This document shows positions 52,601 to 64,000 of a DNA stretch of 64,000 nucleotides, one piece after another (within the stretch, counting starts at the first letter, position 1; each line of letters begins with the position of its first letter). This DNA comes from Antedon mediterranea. Taxonomy: Eukaryota > Animalia > Echinodermata. Position numbers and translations under genes: made by a program. Under the pieces are notes generated by a model. That model made no database searches. It was not told the origin of the DNA and saw only the letters and a program-made list of their open reading frames with translations. The stretch is taken from NCBI RefSeq assembly GCF_964355755.1, contig NC_092679.1, forward strand, positions 7,904,201 through 7,968,200, read 5' to 3'.

Positions 52601-55600
52601 GAGGTTTGCGCAGCTTTTTTTTGGGTTGCGCAAACCTTTACAGTAAATCTGTGAAATCTGTAATTTTCTGTTTTTCACCCAAAAAAAGGCAAACTTACAG
52701 CAATTTCAATTTGTCTTCCCCATAAATTGTCTCCCTATATAGGTCCAGTTGTGTTTTAATCAATATTAATTGATTTAAAGGAGGTTTGCGCAGCTTTTTT
52801 TGTTGTTTGCGCTGTGAAATCAGTAATTTTCCCAAAAATTGGAGTTTTTCACCCAAAAAAGGCAAACTTAAAGGAATTTCAAATTTGTTTTTTCAAAAAT
52901 TGTCTCCCTATATAGTTCTAGTTGTGTTCTAATAAATATTAATTGGTTTGAAGGAGGTTTGCGGAGTATTGCTAAACACCGCAAACCTCCAAAAAAACAT
53001 AGCAAACCCCACCGAACCAACATAAAAGTGATTGAATAATGTAGTGTACGACCCACTGGGTATATAAATTATTAAATTTCTACTGTTAACTACTTTTTTG
53101 GGGATAAAACATCATTTTTTGGTTAAAAATTAGCAATCATTTTTGACCAAAAAATGATGTTTCACCCCAAAAATAAGTAGTTAACAGTAGAAATTTAATA
53201 TTTTTTTTACATGGATATACCCAGTGGGTTGTACACTACATGATTCAATCAGTTTTATGTTGGTTCGATGGGGTTTGCTATATTTTTTTGGAGGTTTGCA
53301 GGGTTTAGCAATCATTTTTGACAAAAAAATGATGTTTTACCCCAAAAATAATTAGTTAACAGTAAAAATGTATTATTTTTTTTTACATGGATATACCCAG
53401 TGGGTTGTACACTACATGATTCAATCACTTTTATGTTGGTTCGATGGGGTTTGCTATGTTTTTTTGGAGGTTTGCGGTATTTAGCAATACCCGGTTTGCG
53501 CAGCTTTTTGTTGTTGAAGTTAAAATTGAAGTTTTTCACCCAAAAAAAAGAAAACTTAAAAGAATTTCAAATTTGTTTTCCCATAAATTGTCTCCCTATA
53601 TAGGTCTAGTTGTTATCTAATCAATATTAATTGATTTAAAGGAGGTTTCCGCAGCTTTTTTGGGGGGTTTGCGCTGTGAAATCAGTAATTTTCCCAAAAA
53701 TTGAAGTCTTTCACCCAAAAAAAGGCAAACTTAAAGGAATTTCAAATTTGTTTTTCCATAAATTGTCTCCCTATATAGGTCTAGTTGTGCTTTAATCAAT
53801 ATTAATTGATTTAAAGGAGGTTTGCGCAGCTTTTTTTGTTGTTTACGCTGTGAAATCAGTAATTTTCCCAAAAATTGAAGTTTTTAACCCAAAAAAGGCA
53901 AACTTAAAGGAATTTCAATTTTTTTTTTCTCATAAATTGTCTCTCTATATAGTTCTAGTTGTGTTCTAATCAATACCGTATTTTCCGGAGTATAGGTCGA
54001 CCCCAAGTATAAGTCGACCCCCAACTTTGACCTAGAATATCGTTGATTTTGGTATGACCTGAATATAAGTCGACCCCCCAAAATCGGCTAATAACATAAC
54101 TTTAAAGTTCAAAGAAGGCTAGAACGTATGAAATGTGGTTGTTTGTTTATACGATTATTAAAGTGTAGGCCTAATCAATATCGGACGGACGTAATCACAA
54201 CGGCTTCGCCGCCGTCTTCGCCAGCCTATAATAAATGACAGCGATGTAGCGTTACAGTACTTGCCATCAGCGATGTTTTTTCGCGTCACTCAAATAAATT
54301 AAAACGAGTTTTTCGTTAGGAGGCTTATTAAATTGTACAGGCGAGTAGTTGTAAATCGCGTTATCTGTAAATGTACACGCGCCGGACTGAGGAGAATTTA
54401 TTTTATGAATAGACATGCGCAGTAATTGTAATTACGAACAAACAAACAAACTGCGCATGTGTATAGATGAAAATATTGCGCAATAACAAACATGCTGCAT
54501 GGACATTCCAACATCGTGTAGTTCGTTTGTGGTGTGTGTTACGATGTTTTCGCGAGTGAATACGAAGCATATGAAACACAAACGAAAGCTATTTATTCTT
54601 AATTATTTTAATAAAAGCGTAATATAAACATCAAAATTAATCTTTGTTATATATTAATAGTACTTGTACCAGTACTTGTTGGAGTTGTATTATTTTGTAC
54701 AATGTAGGTATTATTAAATTGAAAACTCCTGTGAGTGATTGATGATAGGCCACTGACCTTGCTAGGCCTTGACAGCTGACGGCTTTTGAACGAATTTTTT
54801 CGGCTTGATTTTTTTCAAAAATCGCATGGTCGGAGTATAAGTCGACCCCCCGATTTTGCAATTAAAATTTTCCCACAAAGTCTCGACCTATACTCCGGAA
54901 AATACGGTAATAATTGATTTAAAGGAGGTTTGCGCAGCTTTTTTTGTTGTTTGCGCTGTGAAATCAGTAATTTTCCCAAAAATTGAAGTTTTTCACCAAA
55001 AAAAAGGCAAACTTAAAGGAATTTCAAATTCTTTTTCCCATAAATTGTCTCCCTATATAGTTCTAGTTGTGTTCTAATAAATATTAATTGGTTTGAAGGA
55101 GGTTTGCGCAGCTTTTTGTTGTTGTTTGCGCAGTTTAGCAATACCCGATAAAACTTGGTTCCCACTAGGACGTAACACAATGATGTAAGCACAATGCAAG
55201 TGAATTAACCAATCACAGAAGACTGTTTGGATGATCCATTGTGTCATAATTGGTCAAATTAAAGTACTTGCTTGCGTTGTGCTTACATCCTTGAATTGTT
55301 TCCAAGTGTGAACCAAGCTTAAGTCGGTAATTGCAAGGTGGTGTTATAACCATCAATTTCAATCCATTAAGTCTGAACTTTGAATTAGTCCTATGCTACT
55401 GCAATGTTTGCTTGCACTAATACCTCATTAAATAGACTGGTGGTCAAAACTGTAATTAAGCATGGTCTAAATTTCTAATTTTCTTGTTTACGAGTCAAGT
55501 CTTACTCTGAATCAGGCTTAATTTGCATATTATTAACGTTCATTGTTTTTGAATTATCTCTTTAAAAGTAAACTTTGACAAGAATATTCTTATTTTTCTA

Positions 55601-58600
55601 CCTGGTTTAAATGTCATGTTTTATATCTTCACATGAAAATGATATGATGTTAATCTACAGTATACAGGTTTATCTTGAACATTTTGATAACACAGTGAAT
55701 GTTGAGAGTTGTCATCAATTCAAAACATTATCATGTGTTTTGAATAATAATGCACATTTTAAAAACATTTAAAACATATCTGTACTATCTTTAAATTTTC
55801 TTTTGTTTTGATATTTTATTGGACTTGTATTACTAAACATTTTTTATTGTTCTACTAACAACAATATTTATTGTTAACATCATTAAAACATGTATTCTTA
55901 CCATACTCATTGCATTTATAAGTATAATATACAATATAACTAATTGCTTTATTCTTGTTATAGGCGGTCTTTTGGTCCACTAACACACACCCTAGGTGGT
56001 GGAACCCCCTCATCTGACAAAGGTGCTGTATCTATCTCATCTATCAAGAAGAAACTTGGCCATCGCTCCATCAAACTACAGGTACTAACTCTGCTTCATT
56101 AAATACTCTATAACTTACACAGTTAATGTAGAATTAACATTTTATATGATGCTTTCTTTTATATTGCTTGGCCACATTTATGCAAAATATGTGGCCACTT
56201 TACATATGGCCGCTCGACTTTTTGACTAACAATTTTAATCATTGATGTTTTCTGGGTCCAGCAGCTTGGACCTATGAATTAGTCGAGTTTACAAAATACC
56301 GAAAATGTCAGCTGTAGATAATAAGCTTTCCGTTTGATTTAGCTTCTGAATGAGTTGTCCTCTGGAGATATACTGTAGCTGGCTAAAGCTGCAGCGCAAA
56401 AACCTAACCACCTATACTTAATATGAGGTGATGGTTACCTGTATGGTAATCAAAATAGCCCAAACCATAAGTTACACATGATGATCTGACCACATGACCA
56501 ATACTTTAGGATGTGTGAAAAATCTGCTGTGTATGTTTACAACATTCAGTCCTTTGTCTGATCAATATCCTGACATTAATAATAATAAAGAAGAGCAAAA
56601 AAGCACTTTGTTTATACGTACACTATCTTTTTAATTACTCTGTTCTCAGTTGTTATGGTCTTGCAGCATTATGTTGTACACGCTTTAACAATATTTCGAC
56701 ATGCTGGATAATTCCCATGAATTCCCAAACAACATATAAGTAATTGATTTAAATAAATATTCTGACTTTTATAGTCTTGAATGATTGAAGACTGTTTCGC
56801 TTTTCATTCATTTAAATATTTATATGATGATGTACATTGTAAAGCCACAGTACTTATATGAAATCGGATGTCAAGTACGGCAAGGCATGGCACCATCTCA
56901 TGTTCTATGGTATCCCAAACAGATTAATTTGTTATTAATAAATGACATAATATAGTACAATTTTTAGATTAAAGAACGTGAAAATATTTTTGAAAGTTGA
57001 CAGAAACTAACAGGCGGCTTTATTATGATTTTGATATAAAACAACTTAATTGTGCATTAGTCATGAAATTAATAACTAAAGAAGGAAGATGTTGTCTGTT
57101 GTTAAGTTAAAGACTTGCATGATAATTGATACATTATCATTTTTTTTTTTTATTTGAATAAAATATTCAGAAGATTGATGTAATGTTGGCACCCTTGAGT
57201 GTATGATAGGGTAGCAAAAGAATTGATTAAAAGGAAATCCCAAATCATTCTTTGGAGCCTAAAATCTTAAGCCTATAAATATTATTGCATATTTCTAGAG
57301 ATTTTCAGATGTCTGCACATTTAAAGGTGATGTGTTTAGAAACAGGTTTGACTGTATGTCAAACTTTCATGTTTTGCCGTAAACATTCATAGATAAAAGG
57401 AAACAAGTGATTATTCTCACATCAGAGTAAATAAAATTACCAATGACTAGCTTTCAAGTGAATCCTGTCGTTCATTAGATTCTTTTAGAGAAAGATTAAT
57501 TGAAGAAATGTGTAAGTAGGCGTATCTTGCGTACGACCTTAGGGTTTAATCTTGAAGATGTTGCTTAATTGAATTAACACAAGCTTAAGTCTGCAGTCTT
57601 GTTTTTGCAATCAATTTTTCTTGTGTTGCAATTCAATTCTCGGTATTAATTGTATGATCCTATAACTCGCTCAAAATCAAAATATTATTGGTATTTATTG
57701 AAATTCAACATCCAAATTATTAGAACATTGAGTTCTAATTTACGTTAAAAACATCAAACATTAAAAAGTAAGCCTACAATAAAACAAAACATGCAAAAAT
57801 GTAAGTTGCCTGCTAGGTGAGTAGTAGTCAACAAATGATTTATGACTCTCAGTCCTTATTATTGTAAAAATTTAACTGAAGATCACAATATTTAGGGCTG
57901 TTGAAACAGTAAATTGCTGGATACACACTAGACCATGACAACTGGTGTCCTTTTCATAACCCCAATATCATTAGTCGGTTCATTCAGTGCTGCATATCTT
58001 TTATTCACTTGTGAATTTAAATTGAATTCACTGGGACACACTAAATTGCGTTCAGTACCTAAAATTTGTATAATGTATTTATAAGCTATCTTTTTTACTA
58101 TGATTTATATTCAAGTGGTCTAGTGTCTTGAAAGGAAATGATAATAAGCATTCACTTAAGAATTGTAGCCTGGAGCTATTCTGTCTCGTTCAATATATAA
58201 TATCATGTATGTTATGTTGTGTAAAATATATTAAAGTTGTTTGGAAATGTGAAGGTTGGAAATGTCATGTCTGTTAATTGCAATCTGATATACCCTCCGA
58301 TATATTTTATTATTTTGTATTGAACATACAGTAATTTGTGTTATTAAAGCATGTACTGCTTAGTGATACAGTTGCTTTTTTGTATATAAAGGCAATGTTT
58401 TACACACGATATGAAAAGTTAAGGGTGGGTGACAATAACGTTCAGTACTAACAGATGGTTATTAAGTTTGTTCTTAGGGTGTGTACTTAATCAAAGAACT
58501 ATTTGCCAATATGTAAATTGTTAATAACTAATAGTAAGTATGACTTCTCACTGTGAAATAAGCAAATAACAAAGTCACCAGACCTTGGTAGTCATATATT

Positions 58601-61233
58601 TCCTGATGTGTAATTCTATTTTATTGTTTGAACTTAAATTTGGCCTTGTCCTCTTTACATTGAATATGATGTATAAATGCAATAATAATAATATGTTATA
58701 GGTTGATTTTCATTTCTGTTCAGAAATAGAACTGTTTACCGTACATTCATTTGTCCTTGTCGCCAAAAATAAATTTCACTTCATTTACAAATGTGTTTCT
58801 ATTCCCACAGTCATCTCCGTATCAATAGTTTCAATATCTTTGTATTTGTCATTGTATCTTGCCTTATGATATTGTTTCTTACTCATAATTCCGGTGTTAT
58901 TATTTTATACTGTGATTTAATATCATTGTATTTGTGTTTGTATCTTGCAGGCTACACCAGTCCCTGATCGATTAGCTCCTGGTGAATCGATTGGCTGGAG
59001 ACTTGCAAATCGACCCCCTAAAAAAGGGCTTGGTACTTTAAAAGTAGTTGATGATGCCCTAGCTGGGCAAACTAAGCGTTCACATCAGAAATCATCAAGT
59101 TCTCCTGCAAAGGTACTTACTAGTAACAAGATGTACACAAAAAGCTCTTTTGGATCTGGCCCTGCTGTCACCATACAAGATATACATTATGGGAAGGTTG
59201 CTACACCTCAAAAAGACAATACAAAATCACCAAAAGTAATGCTTGTCGATGTACAAATGTCTTGGAAAGGACCTGTTCGTAATGTTAACCAAGAGACTGT
59301 TGCAAATAATAACAATAATCAGGTCGATCAGCCGGCTCCGTCAATGCCAACTGCTGTTGTTCATGTTGGTAGGAAATATGATTCTAGCCTTAAGAGACAG
59401 GGACCTGTCACACCAAACACAGCCAACAAGTATAGAGGCAACAGCGTTAGAATGCATTGTAACCACTTAGCTTCACCGGAGAGTTCGCCGGAATTTGCTC
59501 CACCTAGTCCACCTAATCCAGTTGTACAGCATTCAGAACATGCTAATCCAGCACCAGTCATGCATCATTCAGCGAGTCAAAAATCTCTATCAAGTGTTTT
59601 ATCAAACATCAGTGTCACAAGCACTAAATCTGTATTCAGTGTAGAATGTAATTATAATAATGTAGATGAAGAACACAGACCTTCAAGTGTAATACCTCCA
59701 CCAATAATGTTTTCTAATGAAAATAATGCAACTACTACTGTTGGTTATTATAGAGGAGACTGTACCAACAAACAGGCTTCCATCAATCAGAATCACACTA
59801 ATGTACATAAAGCCTACAATGCCCAGATGTACAGTGGCACTAAGTCCATAACCAATTCAAATACCTATGGTAACACTCAAGATTACATTGATACACACAG
59901 TATTCAATATGGTGGTGAAGACAAAAAACTAGGTGATGGGACAACTAGTAAAACTTCAAGTCTTGATAGTTTAGACACTTTAGGAAGTGAAGAAGAATTA
60001 AAAGCACATCAGAAACTTAAAAAATCCACGTCAGTAGATAGCGGTCGAGGAGCATCATTGTACGATAGTGAAGGAATGTACAAGATCGAGGATATTGCAA
60101 TAATGATCAAAAATCTTGAGCAAACGAATGAGGAAAATGAGACCAGTAATAAAGTAAATTATGCACCAAGTTATGCAGTAAATATGAATACCAAGTCACA
60201 AACATTGAGTAAACATGTTGTACAACCGCCACACTCTTGTGAAGGATCAAAACTGGTTCAAGAAGGTAACTCTAAAAGTAAAGTACCCAGTGCATTTTAT
60301 AACTCGCTTCCCAGAGGAATGAATTCAACAAGAACAGAGGGGTTTAATAACAGATCTCAATGGCAGTATAGTTCATGTACTCTTCCGAGTAGACGTGTTA
60401 AAAGATCACAAACGTGTCCTGATGGTATCGGTTCACTTGATGCTAGACGACTTAGTAACAGTGTTGTTGAAGCTAATGTAGAGTTCAGTTCAACAGAGGA
60501 CAACAGTCCATTAAAGATGTTAAATAGGACACCACTTAGGTTTTCTTCTAGAGGACGTCGTCCATCATTACCATCCCAACCTTCTGAACCAATGGAACCA
60601 TTTCAGAGGTCAGAACGATTTTTACGGAAAAGTTTTTCAGCAGGTTCTGGAGTGCGATCACCAAAGTTTCCCTTGACTTCGCTAGTGAAGTCGATAAGCT
60701 CTGAAAGCGGTTTGTCAAGAGTGGACACACAAGAGCCATTTGATGATGACGACGATGAAGAAGACGATTCTGATGAGGAAGAAGACATCTTTAAATCAAG
60801 GATACCAAAGAACCACTTCAAGCAAAGACCACGCTTCAGCCAGACACACGAGCCGAGATTCCAAAAGCTAACACCATGCCAGGAAGCTGATGATGAAGAA
60901 GTAACTCGAAAGTATCATCGTCCAGCTCCACTGGTTGAAAACTGCTCTGATAATGTACTTGAAGAAGTACAAGTTATAAAACAAGTTTCCTTACCTCTTC
61001 ACCTCGCAAAGTCAACCAAAGTGCGTGGGCACGGTAAGAAAACGGTTACACACAAATATGGCACACCAACAAAGTCTAAGCGATTTGGCTTTCTAAGTAA
61101 ATCAAAAGAAGATGGGAACAGTACCCCCAAACATATTGGGAAATCCCCTAAAAGGTACCCACGGTCCCCAGTTAATCCTCTTAATAACCCTTCAGGTGAT
61201 CTAAGTAGTGCTGTTTTTACTGGAGAGTTCTAA
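16629..61233 (+). CDS. ARHGAP11A: Rho GTPase-activating protein 11A-like, about 1264 aa
   Basis: Exons 16629-16769, 17955-18034, 18880-18976, 19394-19985, 20725-20790, 21130-21235, 21334-21449, 37343-37538, 55964-56081, 58951-61233; 3795 nt in frame, GT-AG. RhoGAP domain (EGLFRKPG arginine finger, DVASLLKEFFRELPDP, NKMNVRNIALVLTPNL), KKKRRRSGS, later IGWRLA and MSWKGP motifs, long S/P-rich tail. Extra small exons in the large introns cannot be excluded. Confidence 0.88.
17038..17912. mobile_element. Non-autonomous TIR element, Ginger-like
   Basis: TGTTATGCGCGATTTGAACG...CGTTCAAATCGCGCATAACA, 5-bp TSD TAGGC on both sides, dense subterminal arrays of the palindrome ttgcgcaa. Confidence 0.8.
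18039..18376. mobile_element. MITE with TAA TSD (PIF/Harbinger-like)
   Basis: About 50-bp TIR tgcacttgtcaattgtatgaccc...; TAA at 18036-18038 and 18377-18379; internal tgcgtca repeats. Confidence 0.85.
20111..20383. mobile_element. Truncated, oppositely oriented copy of the 18039-18376 MITE
   Basis: Same TIR at 20111 and the reverse complement of the internal sequence; second TIR missing. Confidence 0.8.
22217..23148. mobile_element. Non-autonomous Harbinger-like element
   Basis: TIR cgcccgtattcttaaaccggactttag / ctaaagtccggtttaagaatacgggcg with TAA TSD on both sides. Confidence 0.88.
24169..24992 (-). mobile_element. Harbinger deletion derivative retaining a Myb/SANT-like ORF fragment
   Basis: TIR gggcctgtttctgctgc / gcagcagaaacagggcc, TTA TSD, subterminal aaatacggta repeats. 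ORF 24328-24597 (RDNHIYKDISKKVKQEYG...KQGNSKLKSLRKQYNIAKDNNSGRQRITCPHYD) resembles the trihelix Myb/SANT protein of Harbinger. Confidence 0.85.
25573..25848. mobile_element. Internally deleted Kolobok-like MITE
   Basis: ttaa|agatgtattgtccc ... gggacaatgcatct; homologous to 32317-32825. Confidence 0.75.
26000..26147. mobile_element. Small MITE, same family as 10218-10348
   Basis: gctctgtctacactatcaaac ... gtgtagacagagc, with the internal sequence inverted relative to the first copy. Confidence 0.7.
28450..28570 (+). mobile_element. Degenerate tRNA-SINE fragment
   Basis: Duplicated B-box-like ccagggttcaatcc; no complete cloverleaf. Confidence 0.3.
30229..30892. mobile_element. GC-rich non-autonomous TIR element (Harbinger-like)
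   Basis: Imperfect TIR gggcctgttcgtaggggttgaaaat / attttaaccaccgtacgaacacgacc, 3-bp TSD CAA, sharp GC/CpG contrast with the flanks. Confidence 0.65.
32317..32825. mobile_element. Kolobok-like MITE
   Basis: TTAA|AGATGTATTGTCCCTT ... AAGGGACAATACATCT|TTAA. Confidence 0.85.
38804..39097 (+). repeat. Local tandem duplication, unit about 134 bp, about 2.2 copies
   Basis: tgtaaattgctgca...actaatgaaagtaattggttacatttttctgcagcctctttatacagttcttta occurs at about 38804 and 38938. Confidence 0.85.
43480..44900 (+). mobile_element. Non-autonomous Helitron/Helentron-like element (HINE/DINE-like)
   Basis: 5' (ttta)n tract, CpG-rich core with acgcgcg/tgcgca motifs, 3' hairpin aattcgtca-tag-tgacgaatt followed by aaatCTAG|ttt. 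5' boundary approximate. Confidence 0.65.
45440..46396. mobile_element. Nested non-autonomous element, possibly Zisupton-like
   Basis: Interrupts the satellite unit at an A-run; AAAAAAAG on both sides; short imperfect ends tagacttgccccaagtctg / cgtctggagcccagactac. Confidence 0.55.
47029..48039 (+). mobile_element. Nested Kolobok-like element with decayed THAP-like coding remnant
   Basis: TTAA|AGGAAAGGAACA ... TGTTCCTTTCCT|TTAA. Peptide PSCFKRDLVGELTGKPSKRRLLVDDAVSTLF (about 47435-47530) resembles the THAP C-terminal AVPTIF box region. Confidence 0.8.
49368..49907. mobile_element. Nested short relative of the outer MULE-like element
   Basis: gagtattgctaaacaccgcaaacc ... ggtttgcggtgtttagcaataccc, flanked by GGTTTGCG on both sides; internally inverted and duplicated arms. 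Confidence 0.75.
50018..52032. mobile_element. Nested 2.0-kb non-autonomous TIR element with 7-bp TSD (hAT/hATw-like)
   Basis: CTATATA|TAGGTATCCCAATGAAA ... TTTCATTGGGATACCTA|CTATATA; the empty site is visible in the duplicate copy at about 53596-53610. Confidence 0.85.
52964..53492. mobile_element. Second copy of the 49368-49907 element, produced by segmental duplication
   Basis: Near-identical sequence and identical flanks, offset 3596 bp. Confidence 0.8.
53976..54907. mobile_element. Nested Tc1/mariner (pogo/Tigger-like) MITE
   Basis: TA|CCGTATTTTCCGGAGTATAGGTCGA ... TCGACCTATACTCCGGAAAATACGG|TA, with subterminal tataagtcgacccc repeats. Confidence 0.9.
55153..55320. mobile_element. Old small MITE overlapping the right TSD of the foldback element
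   Basis: cttggttcccacta ... agtgtgaaccaagc; a related decayed copy lies near 40460-40555. Confidence 0.45.
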
Positions 61234-64000
61234 AGTTAAACTTAAGTACAGTTCTTACAATCATACTTGGAAGTACTAAACCATCTTGATGTATAAAAAA
61301 AAAACTTTATGGTGTATCTTTAATTGGTGTAAATAGCTTAAAATGATATTAAAGAAAGGAACAATTGATGTAGATATATTATGCAGATAATTCTCTTATT
61401 TAAATAAAGACTTAAGAATCACAATATACTATATAATTTGTACATAAATATCCGATCCATACTGTGGTGCTGCTCTTTCTAATATCTTCAGCTTCTAATG
61501 TATATAATGTATTCACATAAGTCTTCTTGATTCTGTAAAAACTAGTATTTGTTCATCTTTGTGTGGTTTTATTTTTTTCAAGCATCTTTAATTCTTATTT
61601 TTAAATTTTAATTTCAATAGAGTGGCAGAAAAAATAAAATCATGTATTTTGAAAATGTATTGATGGGATAGTTTGTAATTTAAGATTGTGCATTCAAGTA
61701 ATGGTTTTACAAGAATGTGATATTGGAAAGCTTTCCTGGAAGCTTCTCCTTCTTACTAAAATATTGATTAAGTAAAGTATAAAAGAAACACTTTAATTCC
61801 ATCAAGGTATATTCACTTCTGATTGGTCAATTTCACTGTGTGTGTGTATTTTGTTCAAACACGAATAAATCTTATTTAAATTAATAAGAGTATATTTTAC
61901 AGATTCACTCTCTCAGGTTAAGAGACACTGGATTAACTATCTATGAGTGTGATTCAGGGTAGTAAACCACAAATTATTGATTTTATTTATGGCAGTCTAA
62001 TTTAAGTTACACAATTCAGAACATTTACATTGCTTATGTTTTATAACTGTATCTGAAGTAATGTCACTGGTTATTATATAGCAATCATGTTTTTTTTTAT
62101 ATTTCAAAATGTTGTCTCATTATATTTTTATTTACACACATACTTTATAAGTACTTTATTATTTCACTCTGCAACATTGTGGATTTGTCATACTTTGCCA
62201 TCATTTGTAATTTTAGTCTCTGGTAGATAATTACGAGGAATGAATCAATTAAACCAAGATAAAAGAATGTTTTGTATTGCGTTTCATTGATGACCCATTG
62301 CTAAAAGTAGTGGATGGATCAAGTGCAGTGTTACAATCTGAATCGCATTATTATTATTCGTATAATAATAAAACGTGTTTCTGCCGTGTTATATACGGTA
62401 ACTGCATGCGCGCGATGTCCACACGTCGTACGTGAAGTTAAACAAACACTGAGGGCGCTGTATATAAAATATCTCATTTTCTGAATGAATGAATGAATGA
62501 TTTGCTCGGCATTTAATAATTGGACTCTGCTCTGCAATGTTTAGATATGTTTATTTAAATAATATTTCGGCAGTTACCATAATTCGTCTAGACTTTCCCA
62601 CACCAAAGGAATTGGTCCGTCCATCGATCGCTGTGGTCTACCATAAATCGAGAATAAACAAAAAACCAAAAGTTCACCTCCTCCCAAACCAAAATATTGT
62701 AGCATTTCGATCTACCCCGACCTCACGTATTACCGGCCCATCCCATCCTTTTATTGTAAACATGAATTTATTAGAAAACATAGGTACAGTGGCTAACATT
62801 AGCCCCTTTTACACAGAGCTTGTGTTTCTTCATTTATGAGGTCCTCGTTCATGAATTTTTAAATTGAAACCAATCGGAAAATACTGCGATTGCTAACATA
62901 TGGTGATTTAACGAGACCTTCAATAAATGTTTGCTTTAACAAAGTCATCTTCTCTTATTACAATATAGCTCTGTTTTTATGGTAAATGAAAAGCGATACA
63001 TACCACACCCTCAATTCAAAATCCCGAATACGGTCATCGAATCGTGTGTAGGCCTAATTACAAACAGCCCAGAATAGGCGAAATACATAATATAGTAAGA
63101 CATTGAACATGACACTATAGATAATTTAACGTTACGTCGTAAACAACGTATAAAATAAACACATCAGACCATCTGTACCGTAACTATAATTATTTTCGGT
63201 TTATGTTTTCGTTTTCGGTATTCCGTATTGCACTTAACCTATGTTGTAATATTGCACATAGTCATGGCTTATGTTAAACCCTGACCGCATTGCGTGCCCT
63301 ACCAAAGCTTAGGGGATTAATTTATAACCTCCAGTTATACAATACCGTATATCGTACTACCATATCGTAATGCAGTTGAATTATGTATTATGTTACTAAT
63401 TTGTTTTCCCAATACTAACGCATTGAACTTCAAGAACAAGTGATGATTGTTTAATCGTCTTAAGTATCTGAAGCTGTTTTGATTTCTACAAAATGTGCGC
63501 AATTGCAAATCGTGACGTGTGCTGGAGGCGTTGCCCTGGTGAACAACCCGTGACATTCTATGTGAGGTCCTACTGTTTTAACTATAGGCCTAATAATAAC
63601 CATTTTCAATCAATCGATTTTTTTTCCTCAATCAGGAAAAAGATGTAAACAACAAGTATAAAAGACAAAAGACAAATAAAATGTATTTATTGATAAACAA
63701 AATAAAAAGAATAGACCTACCAATAACATAGGTCTACAACTATATGCATTTAAAAGTGATCAAACCAAATAATTCAACAAAAGCACCGTGGTACTCAGAG
63801 TACTACCTTTTTTTTTTCGTCTCATGCTACTTCTAAACTTTTGAGAAGAGAAAAGTCGGCGACTTGATTCGCGGTGTTACTTTATGAACAATCAAGTATA
63901 CTCTTGGAGACAAAAACAAATTGACGCGCACGACTGATTGTTGAAAAGTCATTAAAAGATGGTTATGTCATGGACCTATCTATATAGGCCCATGGTTATA

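Larger units (their letters stand above)
46400..55135. repeat. 175-bp satellite-like tandem array forming the arms of the foldback element
   Basis: gctgcgcaaacctcc...ctatatagggagacaatttatg...aaattcctttaagtttgcc recurs at about 46404, 46580, 46755, 46929, 48117, 48292, 48467. Orientation flips at about 48545 and the reverse complement continues to about 55135. Confidence 0.92.
45395..55146. mobile_element. Foldback/MULE-like composite element (9.75 kb)
   Basis: TIR GGGTATTGCTAAACTGCGCAAAC ... GTTTGCGCAGTTTAGCAATACCC; 9-bp TSD GATAAAACT at 45386-45394 and 55147-55155. Confidence 0.88.

Noticed and set aside
49272-53603. Duplicated ORFs (49272/52868, 49717/53312, 49805/53400)
   Set aside because: Identical because of the segmental duplication of non-coding transposon arms.
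46400-55135. Regularly spaced repeats as a CRISPR-like array
   Set aside because: The whole 175-bp unit repeats with no unique spacers, there are no cas genes, and the context is eukaryotic.
59243-60821. Alternative-frame and antisense ORFs inside the last ARHGAP11A exon
   Set aside because: Shadows of the main frame.

Overview
AT-rich eukaryotic (spliceosomal-intron) genomic DNA from an invertebrate animal. A deuterostome such as an echinoderm is plausible from the gene and SINE content, but that is inference. Five protein-coding genes can be reconstructed by hand from GT-AG junctions: (1) a small 257-aa tail-anchored protein ending in a KASH-like TM + 30-aa luminal peptide + PPPT (minus); (2) DMAC2L/ATP5S (minus, 5 exons), head-to-head with (3) a Rab32/38/29-family GTPase (plus, 10 coding exons) that has a 5-nt microexon inside the P-loop and His in place of the catalytic Gln; (4) L3HYPDH (plus, 3 coding exons); (5) an ARHGAP11A-like RhoGAP (plus, 10 exons over about 44.6 kb, two introns of 16-18 kb). 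Intergenic and intronic space holds many non-autonomous DNA transposons with readable TIRs/TSDs (Academ-, Ginger-, Harbinger-, Kolobok-, Helentron-, pogo-, hAT- and MULE-like) and a Deu/Nin-type tRNA SINE. The largest is a 9.75-kb foldback element built from a 175-bp satellite, with five distinct nested insertions and an internal duplication. All family assignments are from recalled motifs, not database searches.
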